From contig JBBRLX010000007.1 in NCBI GenBank assembly GCA_038231135.1, positions 74,812 through 138,811 of the forward strand: DNA of 64,000 nucleotides. The letters are read 5' to 3'. A program made the position numbers and the translations under genes. Source of the DNA: Candidatus Eiseniibacteriota bacterium (GTDB lineage Bacteria > Eisenbacteria > RBG-16-71-46). Shown piece after piece: positions 9,049 through 19,130 of this stretch (within the stretch, counting starts at the first letter, position 1; each line of letters begins with the position of its first letter). The notes beneath the pieces are model-generated. The model saw nothing but the letters and a program-made list of their open reading frames with translations, was not told the DNA's origin and made no database searches.

Positions 9049-10503
9049 CTAAGGCCCTCCCCCGAGTTCCGCGAGCAGCCGCTCGCGGGTGTTGAGCGCC
9101 GGATCGTCGAGCACGCGCTCGAGCAGCCGCTCGAGCGTGGCGCCCACCTCGGGCCCCGGCGGGATCCCGCGCACCCGCATGACATCTGCGCCGCCGATCG
9201 CGAGATCCCGCACGTCGAGCGCGTCGTGCTCGGCGAGCTGCCGTTCGATGCGCGCGCGCAGCTCCTCGAGGTAATGCGGGAACCCGGGCTTGAGGCCGTT
9301 GCCGCGATGATCAGCGAGCCTCAGATCGAACAGCTCCGCCACCGCGTCGACGCCGACGCGGCGGAGCCAGCGCCGCACCGCTGCGTCGGTCCACTCGGAG
9401 CTGTAGCCGAACATGTGCTCGCGCACCAGGTGCACGATCGCGCGGCGGTCGTCGAGCGGCGTGCGGAGCCGCTCGAGCACCCGGTCCGCGATCGCCGCGC
9501 CCGCGAGCTCGTGACCGTAGAACGTCGCGTCACCCCGGCGCAGCTCACGCGTCCCCGGCTTGCCGAGATCGTGCAGCAGCGCCGCCCAGCGCACGCGCGG
9601 CTTCGCGGCCGGGGCGGCGTCCACGGTGCGCAGGGTGTGCTCGTAGACGTCCCACGCGTGATGGCGGTTCTGCAGGACGCCGTAGGCGCCCGCCAGCTCG
9701 GGCAGCCACAGCTCGAGCAGCCCGGCCTCGCGCAGCAACTCGAGCCCCACCGACGGCGACGGCGCGACGAGCATGCGCCGGAACTCCGCTCCCACGCGCT
9801 CCCATGCGATGAGCGGCGCGCGATCCGCCACCGCGGCGAGCGCCGCGCGTGTCCGGGGTTCGGGTGCCATGCCGAGCACGGCGGCGAGCCGCGCGACGCG
9901 CAGCGGGCGCAGCGCGTCCTCGCGGAACCGCGCGACCGGATCGCCGACCGCGCGCAGCACGCCCTGCGCCAAGTCCTGGGCGCCGCCGTGGGGATCGAGC
10001 AGCTCGCCCGCCGCCGGATCCCACGCCAGGGCGTTCACGGTGAGATCCCGCCGGCCCAGGTCCTCGATGGGATCGAGCGTGAACTCGACCCCGTCGGGGT
10101 GCCGCGCGTCGGTGTAGCCGAGCTCGCGGCGCAGGGTCGTGCACTCGATCGCGACCCCGTCCGAGAGGATCAGCACGGTGCCATGGCGGAGCCCGATCGG
10201 CTCGACGCGCTCGAACCGGCGCGTCACCTCCGCGGGCTCGAGGTCGGTGGCCACGTCGAGCGTCGTGTCGCCGTCGCGCCCCAGCACCACGTCGCGCACC
10301 GTGCCGCCGACGAACCACGCCCGGCCGCCGCCGGCGCGCAGCCGCGCCAGCGCGGCCAGTGCCGGGGCCGGCCAGCGGTGCTCGCGGAGCCGCGTCGCGG
10401 CCGCGGCCCGCAGCGTCACGAGGTCGGTCGTCCTGGCGCCCCGCCTCCCGGCCTGCCCGAGCCGCTCACGAACCGCCTTCCACCAGCCGATAACCCGGGT
10501 CAC
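9049..10503 (-). CDS. CCA-adding enzyme/poly(A) polymerase family nucleotidyltransferase with HD domain
   Basis: VGGTVRD, EDLGRRDLTVNA, RFREDALR, ERV..E, LLHDLGKP, FYGHE, LAIGGAD..GPEVG; start codon uncertain. Confidence 0.9.
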   Translation of the reverse strand: MTRVIGWWKAVRERLGQAGRRGARTTDLVTLRAAAATRLREHRWPAPALAALARLRAGGGRAWFVGGTVRDVVLGRDGDTTLDVATDLEPAEVTRRFERVEPIGLRHGTVLILSDGVAIECTTLRRELGYTDARHPDGVEFTLDPIEDLGRRDLTVNALAWDPAAGELLDPHGGAQDLAQGVLRAVGDPVARFREDALRPLRVARLAAVLGMAPEPRTRAALAAVADRAPLIAWERVGAEFRRMLVAPSPSVGLELLREAGLLELWLPELAGAYGVLQNRHHAWDVYEHTLRTVDAAPAAKPRVRWAALLHDLGKPGTRELRRGDATFYGHELAGAAIADRVLERLRTPLDDRRAIVHLVREHMFGYSSEWTDAAVRRWLRRVGVDAVAELFDLRLADHRGNGLKPGFPHYLEELRARIERQLAEHDALDVRDLAIGGADVMRVRGIPPGPEVGATLERLLERVLDDPALNTRERLLAELGGGP

Positions 10504-10533
10504 AGGCAGTGTCTCCCCCCTGGAGGTGCCGCG

Positions 10534-10923
10534 ATGACGATTCGAAGCCTGGGCCTCGCGCTCGCGCTCAGTTGCGGTGTCGTGACCACGGTCGCTGCGG
10601 CCGAAGCGCCGCCCGCCGTGTCCGCCCCTGCGCCGCTGCCCGCATCCCGCGCTCCCGGGTTCCCCGAGCCGCGCGTACGCGCATGGCAGCTGGGACTTGC
10701 GCGTCCCGATCGGCTGCAGCACGCGGCGTTCTCCTACACCGCCGGGCTCATGGTCGGTCTGACGTCCGAATCCCCCGCCGCCGCCGCGGCCGGCGCATTC
10801 ACGCTGGGCGTCGCGAAGGAGCTGTGGGACCTGCACCGCAGCGGTTTCGACGTGATGGATCTGGTCGCCGACGCGGTCGGAGCGGCCGGGGCCGCCGCCA
10901 CCACGCGCCGCCTCACGCGCTGA
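10534..10923 (+). CDS. Small exported/membrane protein, YfiM/VanZ-like
   Basis: GGAGGT RBS; signal peptide; DRLQH..GVAKELWD..FDVMDLVADAVG pattern. Confidence 0.75.
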   Translation: MTIRSLGLALALSCGVVTTVAAAEAPPAVSAPAPLPASRAPGFPEPRVRAWQLGLARPDRLQHAAFSYTAGLMVGLTSESPAAAAAGAFTLGVAKELWDLHRSGFDVMDLVADAVGAAGAAATTRRLTR

Positions 10924-11370
10924 TCAGCGCGCGGGATGGGCAGCCGGCGGGGGCGTCTTGCCACCGCCGCTCGACGGATCGCCGTTATTGGAGTTGCGGC
11001 TCACGCTCAAACCCCCGACGATCACCGCCAGCGCGACGCCGCCGCCGATGAGCCCGGTGCGGTACCAGTCGAGGCCGCGACCCTCGAGGTGGTCGACGTC
11101 GTCGAGCGCCATGCGGACCGTGGCGAATTCGTCGACCGCCCCCTCCACGTCGCGCCGCCGGTAGCCGAGCAGCGAGTCGCCCTGGACCTTGGCCACATCG
11201 AACTCGTAGACCAGTCCATCGTGTGTGACCACGCGCACATCCTTGCGCTCGGGCTGCGCCCCGAACTCGGACCTCGGTATCTCGCGCAGCGACGTACACC
11301 CCGAACCCGACAACCACAGCGCGGACACGACGAACCACACGGTCCGGGAACCGATCCTCGACAAGGGCAC
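10924..11370 (-). CDS. Hypothetical lipoprotein with C-terminal TM segment
   Basis: GGAGGA RBS; hydrophobic leader ending SGSGC; C-terminal LIGGGVALAVIVGGL. Confidence 0.75.
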   Translation of the reverse strand: MPLSRIGSRTVWFVVSALWLSGSGCTSLREIPRSEFGAQPERKDVRVVTHDGLVYEFDVAKVQGDSLLGYRRRDVEGAVDEFATVRMALDDVDHLEGRGLDWYRTGLIGGGVALAVIVGGLSVSRNSNNGDPSSGGGKTPPPAAHPAR

Positions 11371-11471
11371 ACTCCTCCACCGGTCACGTTCGTTCAGGCA
11401 CTTACCCGCCCGGCTCGAACCAGCATATCAGAGGGAGCGGCCCGGCGCCGTCACGGGACACGAAGGGCCCG

Positions 11472-11807
11472 TCAGCCCCAGTAGAGGATGCGCCCGCACG
11501 ACTCGCACAGCGTGAGCGCGCCGGACGGATTCGTGACCGAGGTGGGCAGCCGGATATGGCAGCCCTGGCAGGACCGCTCCTTGACCGGGCACACGCCACG
11601 GCCATAGCGACCGCGCGCTCGTTCGTACAGGTAGCGCCAGCGCCGGTCGACCCCCAGCAGCGCCCGCTCCCGCTCGCGCGTCACCGCGGCCCGCGGCTCG
11701 ATCGCGAGACCCAGCCGCCGCAGCCGCGGCGCCGTGCCCGGATCGGCGAGTTCGTCCTCCAGCAGGTGGAGGTCGTGCAGCCGCAGCAGGTCCAGGCCCT
11801 CGCTCAC
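11472..11807 (-). CDS. C4-type zinc-ribbon domain protein (short form)
   Basis: YER..CQGCHIRLP..CESCGRILY; GTG start overlaps upstream stop. Confidence 0.85.
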   Translation of the reverse strand: MSEGLDLLRLHDLHLLEDELADPGTAPRLRRLGLAIEPRAAVTRERERALLGVDRRWRYLYERARGRYGRGVCPVKERSCQGCHIRLPTSVTNPSGALTLCESCGRILYWG

Positions 11808-12271
11808 GCGTCGAACTCGCGCAGCAGCGCGGCCATGGCCGGCGCGTCCCTGGCCTCGAGCAGCTTCTGGCGCTGCTTCTGGAGCCGCACGAACGCGATC
11901 GCGCGGCCGATGAACTCGTGGTGCGCCTCGATCGTGTGATCGGCGGGCGACAGCACCAGCACCACGAGCTGGACGGCGATGCCGTCCGCGGCCTTCCAGT
12001 CGATGCCGCGCGGCGAACGCGCGATGACGAGGCGGGGGTCGATCACCGCGATCGAGCGGGCGTTGGGCACCGCCACACCCTTCCCGACGGCGGTCGCGCC
12101 GAGACGCTCGCGCAGGCACAACGTGTGATGGAGCAGCGCGGGATCCCGGACCGCCCCCGCGAGATGCGCGCGGGCGGCCAGCTCCTCCAACACCGTGTCT
12201 CTCTTGCGCGGGCTCAGGTCAGGGATGCAGAGCGAGAGGTCGTGAACCGAAGCGCCGATCGAAATGGTCAT
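11804..12271 (-). CDS. PTS EIIA (PtsN/fructose-type) domain protein lacking the phospho-His
   Basis: RERLGATAVGKGVAVPNARS, GIDWKAADG..VQLVVLVLSP. Confidence 0.87.
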   Translation of the reverse strand: MTISIGASVHDLSLCIPDLSPRKRDTVLEELAARAHLAGAVRDPALLHHTLCLRERLGATAVGKGVAVPNARSIAVIDPRLVIARSPRGIDWKAADGIAVQLVVLVLSPADHTIEAHHEFIGRAIAFVRLQKQRQKLLEARDAPAMAALLREFDA

Positions 12272-12296
12272 CGGACGTTCCCCCGAAGGGGTCACC

Positions 12297-12887
12297 CTAG
12301 CAGACCGGCACTCCGCGTTCCACGGATTCCGGCGGCGTGCGCACACCACGATGCGAGGTCCACCACGCGGCGACGTATCGCGCCAGGATCAGCCCGACGG
12401 CCGCGCCCACCACCACGTCCGAGAACCAGTGGCGGTCGAGATAGATGCGGGAACCCGCCATGCAAACGGCAAGTATCCACATCGGCACCGCGAACCGGCG
12501 GGAGCGCCGCGCGAGCACCGCGGCGATCGCGAACACGTTGGCGGAGTGGCTCGACGGATAGGACGCGTTGCTGCGCTTGTGGTCGCCGTCGGGCCGGGTG
12601 CGGAACGTCAGCCGCTTCACGGCCTCCACCACGGCGTTCACCGGCAGCAGCGTGGCGACACTGAGCTGGGCGGTTTCGACCCCGGCCGGTCCGCCGAACA
12701 CGCAGAACGCCAGCAGCACGCCCAGCGTCACGTCCGGACGCCCGAGGCGGTTCGACAGCAGCTGCGCCGGCCCTTCGAGCCACGGCTGGCGTGCGTGCTG
12801 GACTGCGTCGCGCACCGGCACGTCGAGCCATCCCGCGGCGGGGCCGAGCGCCGCGAGCCCCAGCAGCAGCAGCAGCGTCCGGATCAC
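12297..12887 (-). CDS. PAP2 family membrane phosphatase
   Basis: KRLTFRTRP, YPSSH, SRIYLDRHWFSD. Confidence 0.9.
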   Translation of the reverse strand: MIRTLLLLLGLAALGPAAGWLDVPVRDAVQHARQPWLEGPAQLLSNRLGRPDVTLGVLLAFCVFGGPAGVETAQLSVATLLPVNAVVEAVKRLTFRTRPDGDHKRSNASYPSSHSANVFAIAAVLARRSRRFAVPMWILAVCMAGSRIYLDRHWFSDVVVGAAVGLILARYVAAWWTSHRGVRTPPESVERGVPVC

Positions 12888-15313
12888 AGCGATGCCACGC
12901 GCCGCAGCACATCGGGCGGCAGCCAGCCCTCGACCCCGGGGCCGACCCACACCTGCTCGCGGCCGCCGCGCGCCCCGCGGTCGCGGACCACGCGCCCGGG
13001 CTCGAGGTCGATGTCGCTGCCGCCGAGCCGCACTTCGCGCATCACCACCGCCTCGTTGCGGCCGGCGACGAGCGCATCGCGCACCGGCACCGCGGCGGCG
13101 CATGCCAGCAGCAGCACGGCGCACACGGCGGCGGCGGCGCGCCGCAGCCACAGCCAGCCGCCCGCGAGACCCGCGGCCAGCGCCAGCATCACCCACTCCA
13201 CGCGCCGCACGGGCACGGCCGGCGGCGTGGCGCCCGCGAGCCCGCCGGCCTCGCGCACGCGCTGCTTCACCCATTCCAGCACCGGGTCGCGGGCGTCGTC
13301 GCGCTCGCCGCGCAGCACCCACAGCGATGCCGCCGCCACGTCCTCGTCCTCGAGCCGGCACCACGCGAGCCGGGCCGCGAGCCCGGGACTGCGCACACCC
13401 TGGTGCCACAACTCGCGCCACCCGCGCTCGGCGCCGGCGAGGTCCGAGGCCCGCGCGCGCTGGGCCGCCGCGGCGGCCGCCGGGCGCAACGCCAGGGCGC
13501 GAAGGTCCGCACCCGGCCAGCCGCCGGGCAGCGCCCACACCGCGCACCCGGCGGCCACGATCGCCAGCGCGGCGCCGGCCGCGGGCCTCAGCCATGCCGG
13601 CGGCGCTGAGCCGCCGGGAGCGGTCGCCAGCGCCTGGAGCAGCTTCACCCGCACCGGCTCGGGATTCACGCGCGCCCCGCCATACCGCGCCGCAGCGACC
13701 TCGGCGCGGAGCCCGGCCACATCGGTGCCGCGCGCCGCGAGCCATTCGCACGCGCGATCCGCCGCCAGCCACAGCGAATCGCCGGTGGCCGCGCGCAGCG
13801 CCGCCACGAGCCGGTCGACCGCGTCGCGGTCCTGGGCCCCGCTCCGCCGCTCGGCCGGGCGCAACAGCATGATCGCCCAGGCCAGGCACGCGCCGGCCAC
13901 GGCCGCCCGCCACGGCTCGGCCGGGCGCGCGCCGGGGTCGAGCGGGTGCTCGTCGAACACCTCGGGCCGCATCGCCGACGACTGCGCCGCATTCGGCGCC
14001 GCGGCCGCGGTGACCTCGACCGTCAGCGGCGCCAGCTCCGCCACGCGATAGCCACCCGTCCGGGGATCGAACCATGCGAACGGGGGCGGTACCAGCGTCA
14101 GCGTGCCCACCGAACGCGGCAGCACCGTCCAGCGGAACGACCGCCGGCCCGGCGCGACGGTGCCCGGCGCGCCGAGGCTGTCGTCGACGGTGCTGCCGAA
14201 CACCTCGAAGCCGGGCGGCTGGAACTCCGGAGTCTTGATGAGCGGCAGATTGCCGGACCCGCGCACGTCGAGGCGCACCGTGACCGGCTGATCCTGCGGC
14301 GTGCGGGCACGATCCACGCTGAAGCGCTGAACCAGCGTGCCGACGGCACCGCCGAATCCCGCGGGCGCACTGGCCGGCAGCGGCCGCACGTGGACCGCGA
14401 CCGGCGGGCTCTGGATTTCGAGCTGGCGCCGCGAGCTGCCGCCGAACCAGCCGAACGGATCGAACGGCGTGCCGCCCGCCTCCACCACGAGCATCGCCGA
14501 CGCCGCGCCCACCGTCTGGTTGCCTGCGGCGAGCGGATAGAGCCGCGTGCGCGTCTCGGTGACGAGCACCCGTGCGCCGCTCTGGACGCCGTAGTACGAC
14601 TCGGGCTCGCTGGGCCGCTCCGCCCAGAACCCGGGCGTGGGCGGCGGCGAATAGCGTGGGTCCTCGGCGAGCGGCGTCCGCTGCACCAGCCGCACCCGCA
14701 GCAACGCGGGCTGGCCGACCCACGGATCCCTGGGGTTGACCTCCACGAGCAACGCCGCCGGCGCATTGGCTCCGCGCGCCGTCTCGGGCATGACGTTCGG
14801 CTGCCCGCCGCCTGCGCCCGGCCCCGGCGCCTGGCCCGCGAGTGCCGTGATCGTGAACGCCGGACACAGGTACGCCTGATCGCCCACGCGCACCTGGATC
14901 GGGCCCACCGTATAGGTGCCGGCCACGTGCGGGACCAGTTCGTAGCGAAACGCCACCTCGCTCGAACTCTTGCCGTTGACCCAGGAGAAACTCTGCGAAC
15001 GCCCGCTCGACGTGACGTCGAGGTTGGCGGGCGGCTCGAACGCCGGTTCCGCGACGCCGCCCCCCGCGCCGTGCACCGTCACCTCGAGCGTGGCCGACTC
15101 GCCGAGCGGCACGGTGTGGCGCGACACCTGCGCCTCGACCGTGACCTGCGCCGCGGCCGGGTGCGCGAGAAACACGACGCCGAGGCTCGCCGCCGCGAGC
15201 ATGGCGACGAGCGTGCGGCGCACGTGCGCGCGCGTGCGGCGCGGCGGCAGCTGAGACGACGCCACGCGCGGCGTCGTGGGCGCGCGCGTCGTGCGCGGGC
15301 GGGTGCCCGTCAC
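12884..15313 (-). CDS. BatD family protein with BatE-like C-terminal extension
   Basis: Signal peptide, beta-rich BatD-type repeats (SFSWVNGK, GAVG, G.GNL, FAWFDP..GGY), followed by TM, helical and SH3-like (EGWLP) segments; start uncertain (15223-15334). Confidence 0.8.
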   Translation of the reverse strand: MTGTRPRTTRAPTTPRVASSQLPPRRTRAHVRRTLVAMLAAASLGVVFLAHPAAAQVTVEAQVSRHTVPLGESATLEVTVHGAGGGVAEPAFEPPANLDVTSSGRSQSFSWVNGKSSSEVAFRYELVPHVAGTYTVGPIQVRVGDQAYLCPAFTITALAGQAPGPGAGGGQPNVMPETARGANAPAALLVEVNPRDPWVGQPALLRVRLVQRTPLAEDPRYSPPPTPGFWAERPSEPESYYGVQSGARVLVTETRTRLYPLAAGNQTVGAASAMLVVEAGGTPFDPFGWFGGSSRRQLEIQSPPVAVHVRPLPASAPAGFGGAVGTLVQRFSVDRARTPQDQPVTVRLDVRGSGNLPLIKTPEFQPPGFEVFGSTVDDSLGAPGTVAPGRRSFRWTVLPRSVGTLTLVPPPFAWFDPRTGGYRVAELAPLTVEVTAAAAPNAAQSSAMRPEVFDEHPLDPGARPAEPWRAAVAGACLAWAIMLLRPAERRSGAQDRDAVDRLVAALRAATGDSLWLAADRACEWLAARGTDVAGLRAEVAAARYGGARVNPEPVRVKLLQALATAPGGSAPPAWLRPAAGAALAIVAAGCAVWALPGGWPGADLRALALRPAAAAAAQRARASDLAGAERGWRELWHQGVRSPGLAARLAWCRLEDEDVAAASLWVLRGERDDARDPVLEWVKQRVREAGGLAGATPPAVPVRRVEWVMLALAAGLAGGWLWLRRAAAAVCAVLLLACAAAVPVRDALVAGRNEAVVMREVRLGGSDIDLEPGRVVRDRGARGGREQVWVGPGVEGWLPPDVLRRVASL

Positions 15314-15323
15314 CCGCAGGGCC

Positions 15324-17111
15324 TCACCAGTCACGGCCACGGCGTTCCTTGAGCACGCGTACCTTGTGCTGGCGCTGCTGATCCATGCGCTGCATCTCCT
15401 GCAGCGCGTCGAGGATCTGTTCGGCCTGCGCGCGTCCCATGCCCTGGCGCGGCTGCGGCGCGCCCTCTGGCTGGGGCTCAGGACTCGGCGCGGGCGCCTG
15501 GCCGGGATTCGACTGCGGACTGGGCTGCGGGTTCTGCTGCGGTTGCGACGGCGAGGTCTGTGACGGCGACGGCTGCGGCTGCGGGTTCTTCCGGGGCTGC
15601 TGCGATTGTGACTGCTCCCGCCGGCGCGCCAGCACTTCATAGTTCCAGCGCGCGTCGGCGTCCTCGGGATTGCGCTCGAGCGTGCGGCGCAGCGCACCCA
15701 GGGCGGGCTCGTATTGCTTCGCGTCGCCGAGCAGCGTGCCCAGGTTGTAGCCGGCCTCGTGACCGGTGCGGTCCCCGCTCTGGGACAGGGTTTCCAGCTC
15801 GTGAATGCCCTCGGGTCCGTGGCCCGCGAGCGCGCGCGCCGTGGCGCGATTGACCCGCACGCCGGCGGGCGCATGCGGATCCTTGAGGCGCAGCGTATAC
15901 AGCGACTCCGCCGCGGCGTAGCGGCCGGCCCGGAACGCCTGGTCACCGCGCGCCCACGCGCTCTGCGCCCGGACGTCGCGCGGCGCCAGCGCGGTCGCGG
16001 CCAGCGCGAGCGCCAGCAGCACCGCCGCCGCCGTCCGGCGGCGCTCGCCGCGGCCGCGCGCGCGCCGCACCGGAGTGCGGGCCGCGGACGCGGCGGCGAG
16101 CGGCGCCGCAGCCGCGCGGCGGCGCCCCGCGCGCGTGCGCTCGATCATGAGCAGCAGCGCGGCCAGCAGCGCGCACAGCGGGAACCGCCCGATCGGTCGC
16201 TCGATCAGCCGGTTGCCGCGCCCCGACTGCGCCACCGCGCCGAGCGACGCCAGCAGGCGCGGCAGCTCGCCGCCCGGACGCGACGCGGCGAAGTAGCCGC
16301 CGCGCGACCGTCGCCCGATCTGGCGCAGCAGGTTCTCGTCGAGCCGGCTGCGCACCGCGCTGCCGTTCTCGTCGCGCTTGATGTCGACGGCGCGCCCCTG
16401 GTCGTCCGTGACCGGCACCACGTCGCCGGCCGGCGTGCCGACGCCGACCGCGAACACCCGCACGCCGCTGCCGACCACCTGGTCGAGCGCGCCCGTCGCG
16501 CCCTGCTCCAGGTCCTCGCCGTCCGTCCACAGCACGATGACCTGCTCCTCCCGATGCCCGGGCGGCAGCATCTTGAGCGCGGTGCGCAACCCCTTGCCGA
16601 GATCCGTGCCCGGTTCCGCGATCGTGAGGCTCGTGAGTCCTTCGATCGTGAGCCGCGCCGCGGCGCGGTCCAGCGTGAGCGGGCACAGCCGCACCGCCTC
16701 GCCGGCGAACCCGACGACCCCCACGCGGCTGCCGCCCAGCCGGTCGACGACGGCGAGCGCCTCGCGGCGGGCCTCGTCGATGCGGCTCGGCGGCACGTCG
16801 CGCGCGTCCATGCTCGCCGACACGTCCACCACCAGCACCACGTCCGAGCCCGTGGAGCCGCGGCGCACGGCCTCGCGGCCCCATTCGGGACGCGCCGCGC
16901 CGAGGATGAGGAACGCGAGCGCCACGAGCCGCAGCGTCGCGCCGATCGCGCGCTGGCCCGGACGCAGCTGCCCGAGCAGCGCGTGCTCCGGACGCCCGCC
17001 GACGAGCCGCGCGAGCGCCGCCGCCGCGCGGCGCGCGGCGAACGCCTCGAGCAGCGCCACCACCGGCAACGCCAGCAGCGCCATCAGCCAGCGCGGGTCG
17101 GCGAATGTCAC
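15324..17111 (-). CDS. VWA domain protein with TPR and Gln/Pro tail (BatB-BatC fusion)
   Basis: MIDAS DVSASM, CPLTLD, TDGED; TPR (YNLGTL..DARWNYE); Q/P-rich linker; ends RDW. Confidence 0.87.
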   Translation of the reverse strand: MTFADPRWLMALLALPVVALLEAFAARRAAAALARLVGGRPEHALLGQLRPGQRAIGATLRLVALAFLILGAARPEWGREAVRRGSTGSDVVLVVDVSASMDARDVPPSRIDEARREALAVVDRLGGSRVGVVGFAGEAVRLCPLTLDRAAARLTIEGLTSLTIAEPGTDLGKGLRTALKMLPPGHREEQVIVLWTDGEDLEQGATGALDQVVGSGVRVFAVGVGTPAGDVVPVTDDQGRAVDIKRDENGSAVRSRLDENLLRQIGRRSRGGYFAASRPGGELPRLLASLGAVAQSGRGNRLIERPIGRFPLCALLAALLLMIERTRAGRRRAAAAPLAAASAARTPVRRARGRGERRRTAAAVLLALALAATALAPRDVRAQSAWARGDQAFRAGRYAAAESLYTLRLKDPHAPAGVRVNRATARALAGHGPEGIHELETLSQSGDRTGHEAGYNLGTLLGDAKQYEPALGALRRTLERNPEDADARWNYEVLARRREQSQSQQPRKNPQPQPSPSQTSPSQPQQNPQPSPQSNPGQAPAPSPEPQPEGAPQPRQGMGRAQAEQILDALQEMQRMDQQRQHKVRVLKERRGRDW

Positions 17112-17142
17112 GGACGGCCTCCGTCGGGATGCGGGACGCGGA

Positions 17143-18117
17143 TCATGGCAGCCGGAACGCGAACGTGGTGCTGCCGAGCGCATAGGCGCCCATCAGGATC
17201 GCGGCGGCGCCGAGCAGCGCCGGACCCAGGTCGAAGTACTCCTTGTACTCGATCGACCGGATCGGCGCCCGCTCCAGCCGGTCGATCTGGGCATAGATGT
17301 CCGACAGCGCCGCGGGATCGGTGGCGCGGAAGAACTGGCCGCCGGTGCGCCGCGCGATGTCGCGCAGCGAACCCTCGTCGACGTCCATGCGCACCATCTC
17401 GGTGCGCCGGCCGAGCATGGGATCGTCGACCGGCACCGGGACCACGCCGCCGCGGCCCGCCAGCACGGTGTACACCTTCACCCCCATCGCCTTCGCGAGG
17501 TCCGCGGCGGTGAGCGGATCCACCGCGCCCCGATTGCTCTGGCCGTCCGTCAGCAGGATCACGATCTTGCTCGGAGTGCGGCTCTCACGCAGCCCGGCGA
17601 CCGCCGTCGCGAGCCCCATGCCAACGGCCGTGCCGTCCTCGGCCAGCCCGAAATCGAGGTTCTGCAGCAACTCCTCGAGCGCGTCATGGTCGAGCGTCAG
17701 CGGGCACTGGCTGAACGCGGTGCCCGCGAACCCGACGAGTCCGATGCGGTCGTGCTGGCGCTGGCGGATGAAATCCCGTGCGGTCTGCTTCGCGATAATC
17801 AGCCGGTTCGACGGCTGGAAATCCTCGGCGGCCATGCTCGGCGAGATGTCGATCGCGAGCATGATGTCGACGCCCTGGGTCTCGACCTCGCTCTGGCGCA
17901 GCCCCTGCTGCGGCCGCGCCGCCGCGAGCAGCGCCAGCGTCATCGCGGCCCACGGCAGCAGGTCGAGCCCGCGCACCACCAGGCCCGCCAGTCCGCCCCG
18001 GATGCCGTCGGTGCGCACCCACAGCACCGAGGCGCGGCCGCCCTGCCGCCGTCCCCACAGCGCGGCGACCGGCACCAGCAGCAGCAGCGGCAGCAGCCAC
18101 GGCATCTCCCAGCGCAT
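17143..18117 (-). CDS. VWA domain protein, BatA-like
   Basis: LAAARPQ, DIMLAIDISPSM, DRIGLVGF, PLTLDH, DGTAVGMGLA, ILLTDG.SNRG, IY.QID.LE. Confidence 0.9.
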   Translation of the reverse strand: MRWEMPWLLPLLLLVPVAALWGRRQGGRASVLWVRTDGIRGGLAGLVVRGLDLLPWAAMTLALLAAARPQQGLRQSEVETQGVDIMLAIDISPSMAAEDFQPSNRLIIAKQTARDFIRQRQHDRIGLVGFAGTAFSQCPLTLDHDALEELLQNLDFGLAEDGTAVGMGLATAVAGLRESRTPSKIVILLTDGQSNRGAVDPLTAADLAKAMGVKVYTVLAGRGGVVPVPVDDPMLGRRTEMVRMDVDEGSLRDIARRTGGQFFRATDPAALSDIYAQIDRLERAPIRSIEYKEYFDLGPALLGAAAILMGAYALGSTTFAFRLP

Positions 18118-19130
18118 CACGCCGCCCTTCCGACCGGCGACTCGGCCAGTTGCCGCACCAGCCGCTCGACCGCGGCTTCGGCGCGGACCGCCTCGTCCGG
18201 CGTGGAACGGCCGCGCGCGAACTTGATCCGGTCCCACATCCGCAGCAACCCGCCCAGCACCTCGAGCTCCGCCGGGGCGAGGCGGCTGGCGCCGAGTGCC
18301 CCGAGCAGCTCCGGGGTGGTGTGGCCGGGCCGCGGCACGTGCGTCACCGCCTCGAGGTAGCGGCGCAGGATGCGCGTCAGCTCGAACGCGTGCACGTCGA
18401 ACTCGCCGTGGGCCGGCAGCTGCCGCGCGCGCAGCACCGCGAGCTCCGCCAGCGCGCGCGCGGCCGGGTCGAGCACGATCTCGGCGGGCGCCGTCGCGGG
18501 AACACGCCGTCGCGCGCGCAGCCAGCGCACCAGCCCCACGATGGCCAGCAGCACCGCGAGGCCGAGCAGCACCCAGCGCCACGGCACCCGTTCGTACCAC
18601 GGCGCGGCGATCGGTCCGCGCGCCGGCTTGAGCTCGGCGTTGCTGTCGGCCGCTGCGAGCACCGGCACCACCATCAGCGTCACGCCCGGCAGCCGGCGGA
18701 TGGCGCCGCTGCGGCTCTGGAACCTGAGGCCCGGCAGCGTCACGGCGCCGAGCCGGAACGACTGCAGCGGTAGTTCGACGAACAGCGTCTCGCCGGCGCC
18801 GCGCGTCGCGGGCGCACGCCACGCCCGCGGCGCGCCCCAGGTCAGCAGCGAGTCCGGTTCGGGCGGCAGCCATTGCACCCCGGATGCGGCGCCCGGATAC
18901 ATCGCCATGCCGCGATAGAGCACGCGGTCCCCGAGCCGGGTTCGAGCCGGCGCCGCGGCGCTGCGCACCCGCACCGGGACCGGATCCATGAGGGACGTCT
19001 GCCCGCGCACGGCGCCGGCCACCAGCAGCGTCGCGAACCCCAGCAGCGGGAGCACACGCACGCAGCGGACGAGGCGGTCGCGCCCGGCGCGCGCCCCGCC
19101 CGGCCCTGCGTCCGGCGCGGGGACCGTCAT
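18117..19130 (-). CDS. Bat-operon accessory membrane protein (DUF4381-like)
   Basis: Single TM followed by ALAEL..LTRILRRYLE..TT.EL..D.IKFA; position between DUF58 and BatA. Confidence 0.75.
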   Translation of the reverse strand: MTVPAPDAGPGGARAGRDRLVRCVRVLPLLGFATLLVAGAVRGQTSLMDPVPVRVRSAAAPARTRLGDRVLYRGMAMYPGAASGVQWLPPEPDSLLTWGAPRAWRAPATRGAGETLFVELPLQSFRLGAVTLPGLRFQSRSGAIRRLPGVTLMVVPVLAAADSNAELKPARGPIAAPWYERVPWRWVLLGLAVLLAIVGLVRWLRARRRVPATAPAEIVLDPAARALAELAVLRARQLPAHGEFDVHAFELTRILRRYLEAVTHVPRPGHTTPELLGALGASRLAPAELEVLGGLLRMWDRIKFARGRSTPDEAVRAEAAVERLVRQLAESPVGRAA

